Shown here one piece after another: positions 1-41,850 of a stretch of 64,000 nt of DNA. Source of the DNA: Lama glama (Eukaryota); contig CM052849.1 in NCBI GenBank assembly GCA_028534125.1, positions 434,001 through 498,000 on the forward strand, given 5' to 3'. The translations under genes and the position numbers were made by a program. Position 1 is the first letter of the stretch. Every line of letters begins with the position of its first letter. Under the pieces are notes generated by a model, which saw only the letters and a list, made by a program, of their open reading frames with translations, was not told the origin of the DNA and did no database searches.

Positions 1-57
1 GGCTGGTCCCCTCGCCCCTGCACACCCGGGAGACAGGTGAACAGCCACAGCACCCAC

Positions 58-340
58 CTTTCTTGTCGCCCACGTTCATGGCCCACTCCTTGGTCAAGCA
101 GTAGGTGTCGATGGCGCGGACCACGCTCTGCGGGTCGCCGGCCACCGCATGTTGCTGTACGTAATGCAGGATGCGCTGCTCCTTACTGTCGCCCATCAGG
201 AGGTTGCAGATGGGGTGCAGGAATAGCTCGTTCCAGCCAAGGAAGACGATGCCGCAGCGGCGCAGGACCGGCAGCACCAGCAGCAGCAACACCAGGCCCA
301 GGGAGACAGCGACCAGCAGCAGGGGCGGGCCCTCCAGCAT
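58..340 (-). CDS. COMT: COMT first coding exon (MB-COMT ATG at 340, in-frame S-COMT ATG at 196); gene continues beyond the window start
   Basis: Reverse strand translates [94 protein letters not shown]. This is a signal-anchor followed by the recognisable COMT N-terminus. Acceptor CAG lies directly before the ATG; donor G|GTGGGT at 57. Confidence 0.96.
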
Positions 341-1639
341 CTGGTGAGGGGGCGGGCAATGGCAGGGTGAGGCCTGCAGGAGGCCAGGTGGACCCAAGGG
401 CTCCCGTGGTTAGTGCCCCCTGCCGTCCTGGCTGACCCACCCATGCACCCCTCAGTCGGGGGTGGTGCTGCCACGGACCCCTGTGCTGACGGGGGCCCAA
501 GGTTCAAGGGGCCAGCCACCTGCCAGGTTGTTAGCTCCAGGTGTGCACAGCCCCACTCACCCGCAAACAGCTTCCTGCTGGGGCTGCGCCCTGGGTGGGG
601 AGCAGCTGTGTGTCTGGCGGTCCTGCCCAGGGGCTGCAGGTCACAGCCCCCCACCCCTGGCCCACCGTGTTTTCCCAGGAAGCCCAAGGTGAGTTGAGGC
701 TCCTGACACTCAGGGCAATCCCAGAGCACCTGCGGTTCTGTGAGTGTTTCCAGATAGGACACAGGTGGCCCCCATCTGAGGGACACAGGGCACACCCCGC
801 TGGCCACTCCCTTAAGGGATGACCACACAGGGCGCATCTGTCCCTTGAGCAGGAAGGCCACCTGTCCGCCTGTACCACAGTGTGAGCCAGATGTGCCCTC
901 CCCCTCGGCAAGGGGCCCTCCGGGAAGGTAGCCCAGGCCCCAGGCAGACGGATGGGCCTGGGGACCCTGTGACATTGCAGAGCTGAGCCGGCCCAGAGCA
1001 GAGACCTTAACATGGAAAAGGATGAAAGGAAGAGGCAGATGTGATGCTTCCACTGGGGCCTGTGGTCACTCACGGGCCACGCACAGGAAGCAGCCTCAGA
1101 ATCCCAGTGGCCACACAGGCCCCTGCTCTCCGAGAAGCTCCTGAGCAGAAAGGCTCACCCGGGACAGCAGGCAGGGCAGGGCTCTCGGAGGGGAGACCCC
1201 TGGAAGACAGCTCTGGGCTCCAGATCCCAATGACCAGGACCATGAGGGGCTTGGTGGGCAGAGCAGAGGATGAACAGGGGTGCTGAGACCCTGCCCGTGG
1301 ACACCCAGGCTTTCGGGAGGTCTTGGGCCACACGGCCTGGTTACACAGTGAGCACATAACCAGCAGGTTAGAGTCCACACAGTGGAGGTGGGAGCCTCGG
1401 CCACACCAATCCCTCCAGCTCCAGCACGGCCTGGACCAGACCTGGCCTCCCAGGCGGCCCTGCCGTCCACACCCCTTCTCTGGGCCCAGCAGCAAAGCAG
1501 ACAGAAACTCTGTGTTCTCTTGCCTTTAGACCATCAGCAGCAGGAACCACAACCTGCAAGTGACCAAAGCCCTGGAACATGGGCCCCTCCCCAAGGCCAG
1601 GCTCACCGGGCCTCCCTCCCCTCGCTGCCCGCAACGACC

Positions 1640-2430
1640 CAGTTGGGAAATGGGCACAGGACTTGAGCAGACATCTCTCCAGAGGAGACACGCCAGTGAG
1701 CGAGCATCTTCTCAACATCACTAGTCACTAGGGAAACGCGAATCAGAACCACACGGTGCCACTTCACACCTGTGAAGATGACTTCCCCACCCCGGCCTCC
1801 AAAAAGGGGACACAAGTGCTGGTGCAGACGTGGAGGAACCAGAAACTCGTGCCCGCGACAGGGGCATGAGACGGTGCAGCTGCTGTGGAAAATAGTTGGC
1901 GGTTCCTCAGAAAGTTAAATATAGAGTCACCGTGTGACCCAACAATCCCACTTCGGGGTGTGTCCCCAAAAGGGCCGAGAGCAGGGAGTTGACCTGATCC
2001 TTGTCCACCGTGCTCACAGCACGGGTCACAGCAGCACCAAAGCGCCAAGCGTGGTCCGTCCACACAGCGGGTGGTGCTTAGTCATCAGAGTGAGGGAAGC
2101 CCTGAGCCGGGCTACCCACAAGGACGCACACTTAGGACTATGCTAAGTGAAATAAGCCAGACACAAAGGGATGATAAATATTGTGTGAATCCACTCATAC
2201 GAAACACCTAGAAAAGGCAGATTCAAAGGGCCGAAGTCGAGCAGGGGCTGCTGGGGCTGGGGAGGGGAGGGAGCTACTGCTGAATGTGGGCAGAGTTTGT
2301 TTTGGGTCGTGAAAAAGTTCTGAAAACAGTGGTGTCTGTTACACTGTGTGGACGCACTTAATGCCGCCCCACTGTACGCTTAGAAATTGCTAAAATGGTA
2401 AACTTTAACTTACGCATATTTTTCTACAGT
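1640..2430 (+). mobile_element. Old LINE-1 3' fragment (end of ORF2 plus 3'UTR)
   Basis: Typical L1M 3' motifs: ctcaacatcactagtcactagggaa, gttcctcagaaagttaaatatagagt, ctaagtgaaataagccagacacaaag, aaaatggtaaacttt. Boundaries approximate. Confidence 0.75.
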
Positions 2431-4423
2431 AAAAACAGTGGGACACCAAGAAAACAAGCACCCCTGCTCCTGGTCCTCCCTGTTCCCAAACCAGAAAAAG
2501 TCACACCACTCTCCGCAGGGGAGCAGGGGCCAGAAAAACCAGCACAGCTACCACCTCCGCGGGGGCCCAGGCACTGGAGTCCCGCTCCGGGGCAGACGCC
2601 CACCCACGCCCTTCTGGGAGGAGGGGAAGGGCTTCCTTCCAGTGCCCCTAGCGTGTGTCCTCAGAGATGGCACACAGACCTGGGCAACCTGGCAAGGGAC
2701 AGGCCCTCTTTCCCAAAACTATAACAGCAACACCCGCCCCCACAACCTTCCTTGCTATCGGCCCATTCTTAAGTGTTCTTCCTGCACTCAACTCTGATCA
2801 CCACTTATCCTCCTTGAGATAGAGCCCCCAAAGAGGGCAATGGAGACCCTTGGCAGCTGGGTAATGACCTTGGCCCACCAGGCCTAGGTGGGTGGGGGAC
2901 AGGCAGACCGGCCTCTGACACCCGGAGCCATCAGGTCTTCATTCTGAAAACATCCATTCAGCACTAGGAATGCCTTTGGCTGCTTTGCAAAGATTTGAAT
3001 CTGCCGTGGGGCCCAGGTGGCCGTGGCCTCCGTCTGCAGAGCAGCGGACACTGGGCTCTCTTGGCCACACGCATCAGGAGGCCAGGGTGAGGAGAGACGG
3101 CACTTTTGCCGAGCTGAGTGGCAGGTGGGGGGCCAGAGACCTCGGCCCCACCTCCCGTTTGCTGTGATGCCAGACATCCAGGAAGACAGCGGGATGGGTG
3201 CTGTCCCCAAAGCAGGGGTAGAGGCCAGGTTTCTCAGGAAGGCATCTCCTGGCCTAGAAGGAACCCCCCGGGAGCATCCAGTGCCCCTGCGGACGATGTG
3301 CCAGCGCAGGGCCCACTGCCCACTTCCTTCCGGTTGGATGACATCCTTGCCAAGGATGAGGGGGGATTGTAGGAGCTCCTTTGGCGACTCCAGCCCCCCT
3401 ACCCCAGCGTGCTCCCCACAGGCTTCTCATTCCTACCACATCCCTCCTCCCTCCAGCCCCTGCCTCCTCCGCTCTGTCCACCCTGCCAGGCCTTTCCCTC
3501 CCTTCCACCCTCAACCCCACAGCCACCGAAACCTTGGGCTCCCGCCCCATGGGGGGCTCTCAAGGGACTCAAGGGACCCCCAAAAGCAACCACCTGAGAC
3601 TGAGAAGACAAGGTCCAACTCTCATATAAACTAGTGAGTCTTACACACCCGGTGTTCACACCTTCCATGCCTCAGGATGGTGTTACCAAACTAAGCTATA
3701 AAATCCCTTAAAGGAATTCTACCCTAATTGGCTTACAAAGAAACAGGCACTTACACAAAGTAAATCTTCCTAAAACTCCCAGAAATATAAGAACCAAGGC
3801 ATAGGCACAATCATATAAAACTCAGTTTCTGTGGGAGTTGGGTCTTGTCTTTGCTCTATTTTATATTTTTATCCAAGTTGTATTGTGGCACATGGAGCAG
3901 GCCCTCGATCCACGTGAGGGTTTAAAGTTTTCCACCAGCGCCTGTGGGGAGACCTTTGAGATCTTTTTTGCCCTGGTATATGAGCTTAGAGAGGCGTGGA
4001 CCCAATGTTTCCAGTTCCAGGTGGTAGCTCTCAGGGGTCCCTGAGTTCCCTAAGAACCAACTCAACTGTTTTTCAAGTTCATGTAATTTGGTAAATCTTT
4101 GGTTAATGAGACTAGTTTAATATTGTTGATTTCATAAAACAACCCTAGAGCTATCAATGGTAAATATGCAAACATATATTTTTATTCTATTTGGTTTACT
4201 AAACAACCCAATACTATATCTGTTAGATGTTTGAGATTATACAAATGATAAATTTGCTTTTAATCAAATTTGGTTACTATTCTGAGAAGCTTTATTTCAA
4301 CAATAATTGTGTTTTATAGTATGTCTACCTAAAAACAGTTTCCAAAGTCTTTTCGGTAACTTGCAACTCTAGAGTTAAGCCAAATTAAGTTAAATAATAC
4401 ATATTCATTAAATATCTTAATAA

Positions 4424-4590
4424 ATTTTTTTTAATGTTTTAAACTATTTTTAAATTGAGATATAGTCAATTTAACATGCTGTTTCAGGTGTACAGCAACC
4501 TAATTGAATTATACATATATATGTATATATATTCTTTTTCAGATTATTTTCCATTATAGGCTACAGCAAGATATTGAATATAGTTCCCTC
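4424..4590 (-). mobile_element. Short antisense L1 3'-end fragment nested in the ERV-like block
   Basis: T-rich start followed by tttcaggtgtacagcaa...attctttttcagattattttccattataggc...gatattgaatatagttccct, which resembles artiodactyl L1 3' ends. Confidence 0.6.
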
Positions 4591-5628
4591 TAAATAATTT
4601 CTCATTAAGTTAAAGTGCTGAAACATTCATTACTGGTTGGTCATCAGTTGAAGTTTGTATACTTTTGGCTCCTCATCCATACATGATACAAAGAGACTAA
4701 AAGACATTTGGGTGCGTTAATAAATACATTCTTGCTGCAGCCAAACACGCAGTACCAGGAGCATCTACCTTACAGATCATGAGAGGCTATATTCATAACA
4801 TTTGCTAATCTGCTACAGAACCCTGGTATAATTTGCTAATCTGCTACAGAACACTGCTACAGAACCACTGCAATTCGCAGTGGTCAACTTCCTAGTTTTC
4901 CTGGTCAAGTAACGGTCGCTAACAGGTAAACATCACAAACCATGTGTGAGAATAAAACCACCACCAGATACACCCAGAGCAGAGTGAGCTGCCTTTGTAC
5001 ACAACGTAGCGGGGAAGACAGGACGTGTTTTGTCTTTTGTTCTACAGTGAAATGAGGAATTTTGTGCTGTGAGGTCAGAGCTAAGATGAGCCAGGTGGAA
5101 GGGAAAGCTTTTTCTTCAGTGAGCTTTAACGCCAGCAGTGTGCTGATACCAAAGTGGGGTCTGGTTCCCTCTCTGTTAAAACAGTATGATTTCTTGGGTT
5201 ATTGGTTTGCTTTTAGTAGGAGATTGTAAAAGGATTCTCTTTACCTTCTGGAGCATCTTTCTAGGAAACAAAACTTCTGGCTTTAATATAACCCCCGTGC
5301 CACTTGACGTCACTCAGGAGGCCCGAGTGTGCTGGCTGTCAAGAGCCCAGGGTTTTTCGGGCATGTCCCCTCCTACATCTACGTTTGGGCTTCTGGGTTG
5401 TTGCTCGGGAAAGCGGATAACTATGTATTGCTCTGCAGTGAGCTGGGATCGTATTTAATCAAGCGTTCACACCTTCCAATGTTTTTGACAACAATCTTCC
5501 CCAAATCAATCCTTAATGAAGTCTTGATCTCAAAATGGTTTGGGGATTTCTCAGAGGGTCCTCGGAAAAGCTCACTGATTTGTTCTCTCACACTGTAAGA
5601 GGAGGGATGTTAAAAATAATTAGGTTTA

Positions 5629-5764
5629 GGTGGGGAGAGTATAAGTCAGTGGTAGAGTGCATGCCTAGCATGCACAAGGTCCTGGGTTCAATCCCCTGTA
5701 CCTCCATTAAAAAATAAATAAGCCTAATTACCTACTCCTCTAGCAAAAATTTTTTTTTAAATGA
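5629..5764 (+). mobile_element. tRNA-Ala-derived SINE (vic-1-like, camelid) with a 17-bp target-site duplication
   Basis: tRNA-like head 5632-5706 with A box (TCAGTGGTAGAG) and B box (GGTTCAATCCC), then an AT-rich tail. Exact TSD AAAAATAATTAGGTTTA at 5612-5628 and 5765-5781. Confidence 0.88.
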
Positions 5765-8199
5765 AAAAATAATTAGGTTTATTCGTTATGTTAAGTTGCA
5801 CGAGAAGCACTGTCGAATGAGAAGAGGTGCGTAGCCTTCCCTAGGTGAACGTGTGCGGGTAAATGCTATTCACAGACGTATTTCAGAAGTTTGTCAGTGC
5901 TCTTGCTTCCCACGTGTCCGGGTACAACGCTATCACTCACAGCTCCACACTGAACGTGGTGTGTGTGCTGCAGGAACAGCCACATGGCCCTGTCAAGGGT
6001 GTTTTTATAACATACTCTCCCCAGCTCGTTAACCACAGCCACTTGGAGTCTTTCGTCATCTGCAGGTAATTCTGTTTCACTCTGATGCTTCTCCAAAGCA
6101 TCTGCAACGCAATGCAGGCCAGAGCACGTCCTCAGCCACAACAAGGGCCTGATTTGAGATGCACCACACGGGAAGGGCTGACCAGGGACCCCGATGGCAC
6201 CGCCCCACCGGCCTGACCAAGGGTCCCAGTGCAGAGACCAATGGGCTCATGAGCTGCGAACCAAAGATAAGGCAGAACAGAAACGGACAAGACTGAGTGC
6301 ACTGAAAAAGGACGACTGGAATTTTTCGTGACTTTTGTTTAGAATACCGTTGGCTCTTTAACGTTCCCTTTTCTTGATATTAAAAAAAAAAACCCATCCT
6401 CTTCTCTCTTAAGCGAGCTATGACTCATAAAAATCTAGTAAGTTATATTTCTGTAAACAAAATTGAAGCATTTATCTTTTTCTCCCTGTCTGATCCTCCA
6501 AAAATCAGAAACTACATTGTGTATTGCTATATTGCACATAAATAGTGATCTGCATAGTTTAACAAGACTGCCCTCCTCGTGACAGGACATGATTGAAAAC
6601 CCTGGTTGTATTACCAAGGAATGTCATGAATGAAAATGACTCATAGAGGAACTGTGGTCACTTTCTGAAGCAAAGGCTTACAAAGCCCTCTGGGAAAATC
6701 CGGCCTGGTGCCCGGCATCCAAGGTCCTCAGCCTTCCAGTGAGCAAGGAAGGTCACCTCCTGCAGCCCAGGAACCCTGGGATATTGGGGGGCCTTGACAA
6801 GACAGGAATTCACCCGCGTCTGCAAGTGAAGTTGATGGCAAGTTCTTGGATCGACCTCCCACGGTGGAAGGTTTTAAACGCGCATCTGAGATTTCCCTAT
6901 CTAAGCTTCCAGAGACCAGCTGAGAAAGGGCTGGAAGTCAGTCACCATTCTTGCTGCACGCATGGAAGTTATCAGCCTTGCCTAATAAGACCAGAACTAT
7001 TTTGTAAACAAGGATATTCTTCCTTTGATGATCCCTGATCAAAAAGGGAAATGACAGCAGAGAGAGATTCTGGCTCAGTGGAGAATATAATACTCTCGTG
7101 GGCCACTGGAGCCCAGCCCCGCCGGCATCTCTGAGGCCCTGTTGGCCACCTGTGACCTGGACTGCGTCCTGCCACCTGCCGTGCTTGGTCAGCCCTCCCT
7201 CCCCAAACCTCTGACTCTTTCCGCCTCCTCGAGGACCCAGTACAACTCTCCAAATTGTTGCTCTCCATTTCCCTCCCTCCCAGCTTGGTGTCCCTGAGAA
7301 CTAAAATCTGGCCGCCAGACCCTTCCCGGGACTCAGCTGTCCTGTAGCTCCCCTTCGTCTCCAGGGTCTGGAAAAGCTCTGGAAGCTGAGGCCAGACAAG
7401 GTGGCGGGAAAGTCCGAGAACTCACCACCCAGCACGTGGGGGCCACTGCAGAACCCCCCTAGGGTTCCCACATCTCCCGGGCTCTGCTCTGGGACACAGA
7501 TGTCTATGCCGTCACCAGTCACACCACACACCTGGAAAGCCCGCGAGCGGCCTGCCACTGTTACCTCATGCCACCACCTAGAGACACTCAGAGCTCAGTG
7601 TCTTCCCGACGCCGTCCCAGGACTCAAAACCACTCACTAAGGAGACTCCCTCCCTCTGATCCCCCTTCTCCACCAGGCCTGACAGTAGAAACACTAAGGG
7701 TGGCGCCTCACAGTACTTCCCTAAAATGCCGCAGCTCCCCAGGGTGACTGCCTGACCACACTCATGGCTTCCAAAAGGGAAAAAGCCAAATTCTACAGGT
7801 GCCAGTTAGCAAGCCCCGGCCGGTGTTCCAGGGACCCACGCCTCTTCCCTCTTTTTGTAAATTTTCACTCCCCCTCTCAAGCCCAGATGCACCCCCACCC
7901 CCACCCTCCCTTTAAAAGGCCCAGTCACCTCTGAGCAGGGCTGGAGGGGGCTCAGGTCTCTCGTGTCCTGGGTAGTCAGTGTCCACTTTGTTTACCGGAC
8001 CCCACTCTGCAGGCCAGCCCTTTGGAGCCCCTCCAGGAGTGGAGGCAGAGGAGCTCAGGGAAACAGGCTGGGAAAACCTGAAAGGCTGGTTTGGGGCAGA
8101 TCTTTCCTGATGGAGGTGGCCACACCCCTGAAGGAAAGGCCCAGGGACCCCAGGGCCTGCCAGTAGGAGCCATCTCCAGCTGAGCCCCACCCAGTTCTC

Positions 8200-8770
8200 C
8201 CTCTGCGAGGAACCAAGGGCGGAGTCAGGCCCTGACTCTGCAACCTGGTCCCAGATCTGAGAACTCCCAGGAGACTGGAGGCCCTCGGGTCCGGGTCCCC
8301 TAGCCCTGTTGCAGCCCCTGTGCCTAAGCAGACCTTCCCCTGCAGTACGACACCCCTCCGTCCACCAGACTGGCACCACCCACTGCCCCCACCCACTGCC
8401 CCCATCTATGTCCAGTGACCCCATCTCAGAGTTCCCATCCCAGGTCAGAGACCCTCCCCCAGGTCCCTGAACCCCTCCCCACCCCAAGTCAGATTCCCCC
8501 ACCCCAGGTCCAGAGACCCCACCTCATGTCCAAAGTCCCTGTCCCAGAGCCAGCATCCCAGGTCAGAGCCCTCCATCCATGTCTAGAGACCCCACCCCAG
8601 TTCTGGGGGGTGGTCCTTGGACCCTCCACCCGAGACCGGAGCCCCCAGCTCATGTCCGGAGCCCCAGCCGCATGTCCAGAGACCCCACCCCCCACCCCGG
8701 GCCGGAGCCCCCAGCCCAGGGGGAACCTGTCATCAGAGTCCTAACTCCCCCGACACCCGGGCTCCTCACC
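8200..8770. repeat. Degenerate C-rich minisatellite (units resembling CCCAGGTC/CATGTC-CAGAGACCCCACCC)
   Basis: Recurring cccaggtcagagaccc, ccaggtccagagaccccacc, catgtctagagaccccacccc, catgtccagagaccccacccc; strong C skew on the + strand. Confidence 0.6.
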
Positions 8771-8943
8771 GAAGCCGGACCCCTACCCTCGGTCTGCACC
8801 GCACCAGGTGGGCCCCCAAGCGCACACACCTCGCCGCGTCCCGCCGCGCCCCGAACGCGCGCCTTCCGCGCCCGGCGGGTCGTCGCAGGCAGTGCGGCGG
8901 GCAGCCCGGCGGCCGAGGCCCCAAGGCGGCGGCGGCGGCGGCG

Positions 8944-39533
<30,590 letters not shown>

Positions 39534-39555
39534 ACAGCCATCCCTCAGGGCCCAG

Positions 39556-39583
39556 GGCACACGGCACACGGCACACGGCACAC
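39556..39583 (+). repeat. (GGCACAC)x4 perfect tandem repeat in the TXNRD2 3'UTR
   Basis: Four exact 7-mers directly visible. Confidence 0.9.
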
Positions 39584-40669
39584 CTGCTACCCCCCAGCCA
39601 GGCTGGGCAGAGGCTCAGATCCAGGTAGGCACGTGGGGTAGGTCCTGTGTGTGAGGGGGTGGGTGCCTCTGTGAACTGCTCTCCAGGTGCGGGAGAGGCT
39701 GCACCTGCCGTGCAGGTGACCTCAGGCAGGTGGGCCCTGTGCCCAGGTCACACAGCTGGGAAGGGAGGCTACCAAGGGCCCCACCCCCCATGGAGCACTC
39801 CCAGACCCCCACTGGGCTGCTGCTGCAGGAGGTGCGGGAGGCCCACCCCACAGTGCCAGTCTTGGGGGACATGGGTGTGGAAGTCAACCCCCAGGCTGAG
39901 CTCAGCAGGCCTCCCTCCCGCCTGTCCTGCTCAGAGCTGTGCCAGCACCTTTCTTTCTTGCCCAGAAGGTGGAGACGCAGCCTTGTACATGTAGCTGCCT
40001 GCACATCTGGTTCTGTTAGGCTTTGCAGAGCTGGGCTGGGTGGGTGGCCGGAAACCCCGGGTGTGATGTTCGTCCTGAGCCTCCTCTAGGTGGAAATTAG
40101 TGAGTCCCTGCCTGACCCTAGCCAGAAGGATGCATGTGGTCAGGGCCTTTCCACTATTGGCCTGAGGGTGTGTCCCCTGGCTGTCAGCCCCTCCTGGGTT
40201 GAGGTCCAGAGGGCTGAAGGGGACTGTGGACACAGCAGTGAGTGCCCACAAGATGCCCGCAGGCAGGCGTGAGGGGCCTGGCTGAGGCCAGGGTCAGTGG
40301 GTAGTGGGCCAGCCCCAGGGCCTCTCCTGGGGCACTCCAAGCACCCGTCCCCCAGAGCCCCCAGCCAGGGCTGCCTCTGATATGGACAGGCCAAGGGCAC
40401 CCAGAGGAAACCCTCCTCAGGGTATCACAGCCTACACAGCCCCGAATTCCAACATCTTAGAGTATTTGTGACAGCAATGTGCCAGCTGGTGGGGGTGGGA
40501 AAGTGTGGGGCCACAGGGACACCCCCTGATAACCCCCATCCTTGGCAGGACGCTGGAGCCTAGGCCACGTCACCTCTGCCTCATGCATCTGGACCAGCTG
40601 CTGAGTGCCCTGCAGGGATGGCTCCGGGGACTGTCGCCCCAGGCCTGCTCCTCGCACCCCCAGATGCTG

Positions 40670-40736
40670 ATGCCAGCCCATGACGACCTGGGCAGAAACC
40701 CCACCGTGGGCTGCCCTCGTCCGAGCCCCCTGGCAT
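40670..40736 (+). promoter_or_regulatory. SECIS element
   Basis: Helix I ATGCCAG (40670-76) pairs with CTGGCAT (40730-36). Core ATGA at 40680-83 with GA at 40723-24. Helix II GAC..GGGCAG/CTGCCC..GTC. Apical AAA at 40696-98 with a CCCAC/GTGGG mini-stem (type 2). Confidence 0.93.
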
Positions 40737-40748
40737 TTCCAGAGCGCA

Positions 40749-40754
40749 AATAAA
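40749..40754 (+). terminator. TXNRD2 polyadenylation signal AATAAA
   Basis: Canonical hexamer 12 nt after the SECIS, followed by GT-rich sequence. Confidence 0.88.
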
Positions 40755-41099
40755 GAGGGTGTTTTTCTAAAGTGTGCTCTGCCTATGGTGTCCCCGACGT
40801 AGCCCTACGACGGTCACCCACCTGTCACCCCCCTGCCAGGTTTCTGTGTGCCTAGTGGCAGGCGGGGAGGCTGGGGAGGGGTGGGAACACCGGCTCTGTT
40901 CCAGAGCCACCTGCCAGTGGTGTAGCTGGCGACAGGAGCTGGAGGGCCTGGAGGCTCTGCCCCCCATGGCTGGCACCTCCTCATTGTGCCCCCATCCAGC
41001 CTGTCGGCTGAGCCCGCCGCCAGGCCAGGGAGGCCCGCCGGCACCACCGTACCTGTCAGTCAGGCGGAGAGACAGCGCTGACAGGGACGGGCAGGGCCG

Positions 41100-41850
41100 G
41101 CATTGTGCTGGGGCTTTAGCGGCGGTTAATCTCGTGTCTTCCCTAAGAAAACATCACTTAGTCTGCCGCCCGGGAGCCCTGGGTGGGACCCCGCTTGTCA
41201 ACGAACAAAGGAATGTCTTTGCACCTTAATGGGCCTGCGGGAGCCTCAGACACTGCTGCTCGCGTGAAGCGTGTGCGGCGGCCCTCAGACGCCCAATTAG
41301 GACGCCAAGTGCTGGGCGGGGCCGGGCCTCGGACAAGTGCGGCGCGAGATCAGCCGTGTCCCATTTAACGCACGGCTGGCGGAGCCCCGCCAGGGACCCT
41401 GGGGGAGGGCGCGCTCCACGCCGGGCGGGGCCTCCCCTCCAGGGAGGAGGGGCGGGGCCCGCGGGGGTCAGCTGACCGGGGCGGGGCCTGAGACGGCCCC
41501 CTGCTTCCCGTGACCACGTGGGCGTTGCAGCGGGTCGGGGAGTCTCCGTGTGCACAGGGCAGCTCCTTGAGGCAAGTGCCGCGCCCGGTCCGGGCCCTGC
41601 ATCCCCTTTCCCAGAGCGGCCTTCCTCCTGCCGTGTCCGCGACGTCCTTCCGCAGGTTCACGCAACCGGTGTGTCTCCCTAGGAGGGAACGAATCACCCA
41701 TGGTGCCCGGGACAGCCCTGGGGCGCCGCCTGGGTTGGGGTCCCTCCCCTGCACCGGGCACACACGCCCTCAGGTCAGCGTGGGCAGGGCCCTGGCCCAG
41801 TTTACAGGCACCGGGAGCCCCAGGATCCTGCCGTGAAGGGTCTAGCCCGG
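41100..41850. promoter_or_regulatory. Orphan CpG-rich element downstream of TXNRD2
   Basis: High CpG, several GGGCGGGGC boxes, CCAAT, AACAAAG and GGAATGT motifs. Confidence 0.45.

Larger units (their letters stand above)
2720..7960 (+). mobile_element. Degenerate ERV1-class (MER4/MER34-like) internal sequence with probable 3' LTR, in COMT intron 1
   Basis: Long AT-rich non-coding block unlike its GC-rich flanks. Polypurine tract AAAAAGGGAAA (7041-7051) is followed by TG (7052), the usual PPT/LTR junction. Family and boundaries are inferred. Confidence 0.45.
40549..40775 (+). other. TXNRD2: TXNRD2 terminal non-coding exon 18 (3' end approximate)
   Basis: Acceptor catccttggcag|GA; contains the SECIS and AATAAA; resembles the recalled human last exon. 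Confidence 0.8.

Noticed and set aside
1407-1553. Possible COMT non-coding exon 2 on the - strand (acceptor cttgcag at 1554; TCTGCTTTGCTGC resembles the recalled human exon)
   Set aside because: The similarity is short and the donor cannot be fixed from sequence alone.
5632-5706. tRNA-Ala-like gene
   Set aside because: Altered D-arm, followed by an AT-rich tail and flanked by a 17-bp TSD, so it is a SINE head rather than a functional tRNA.
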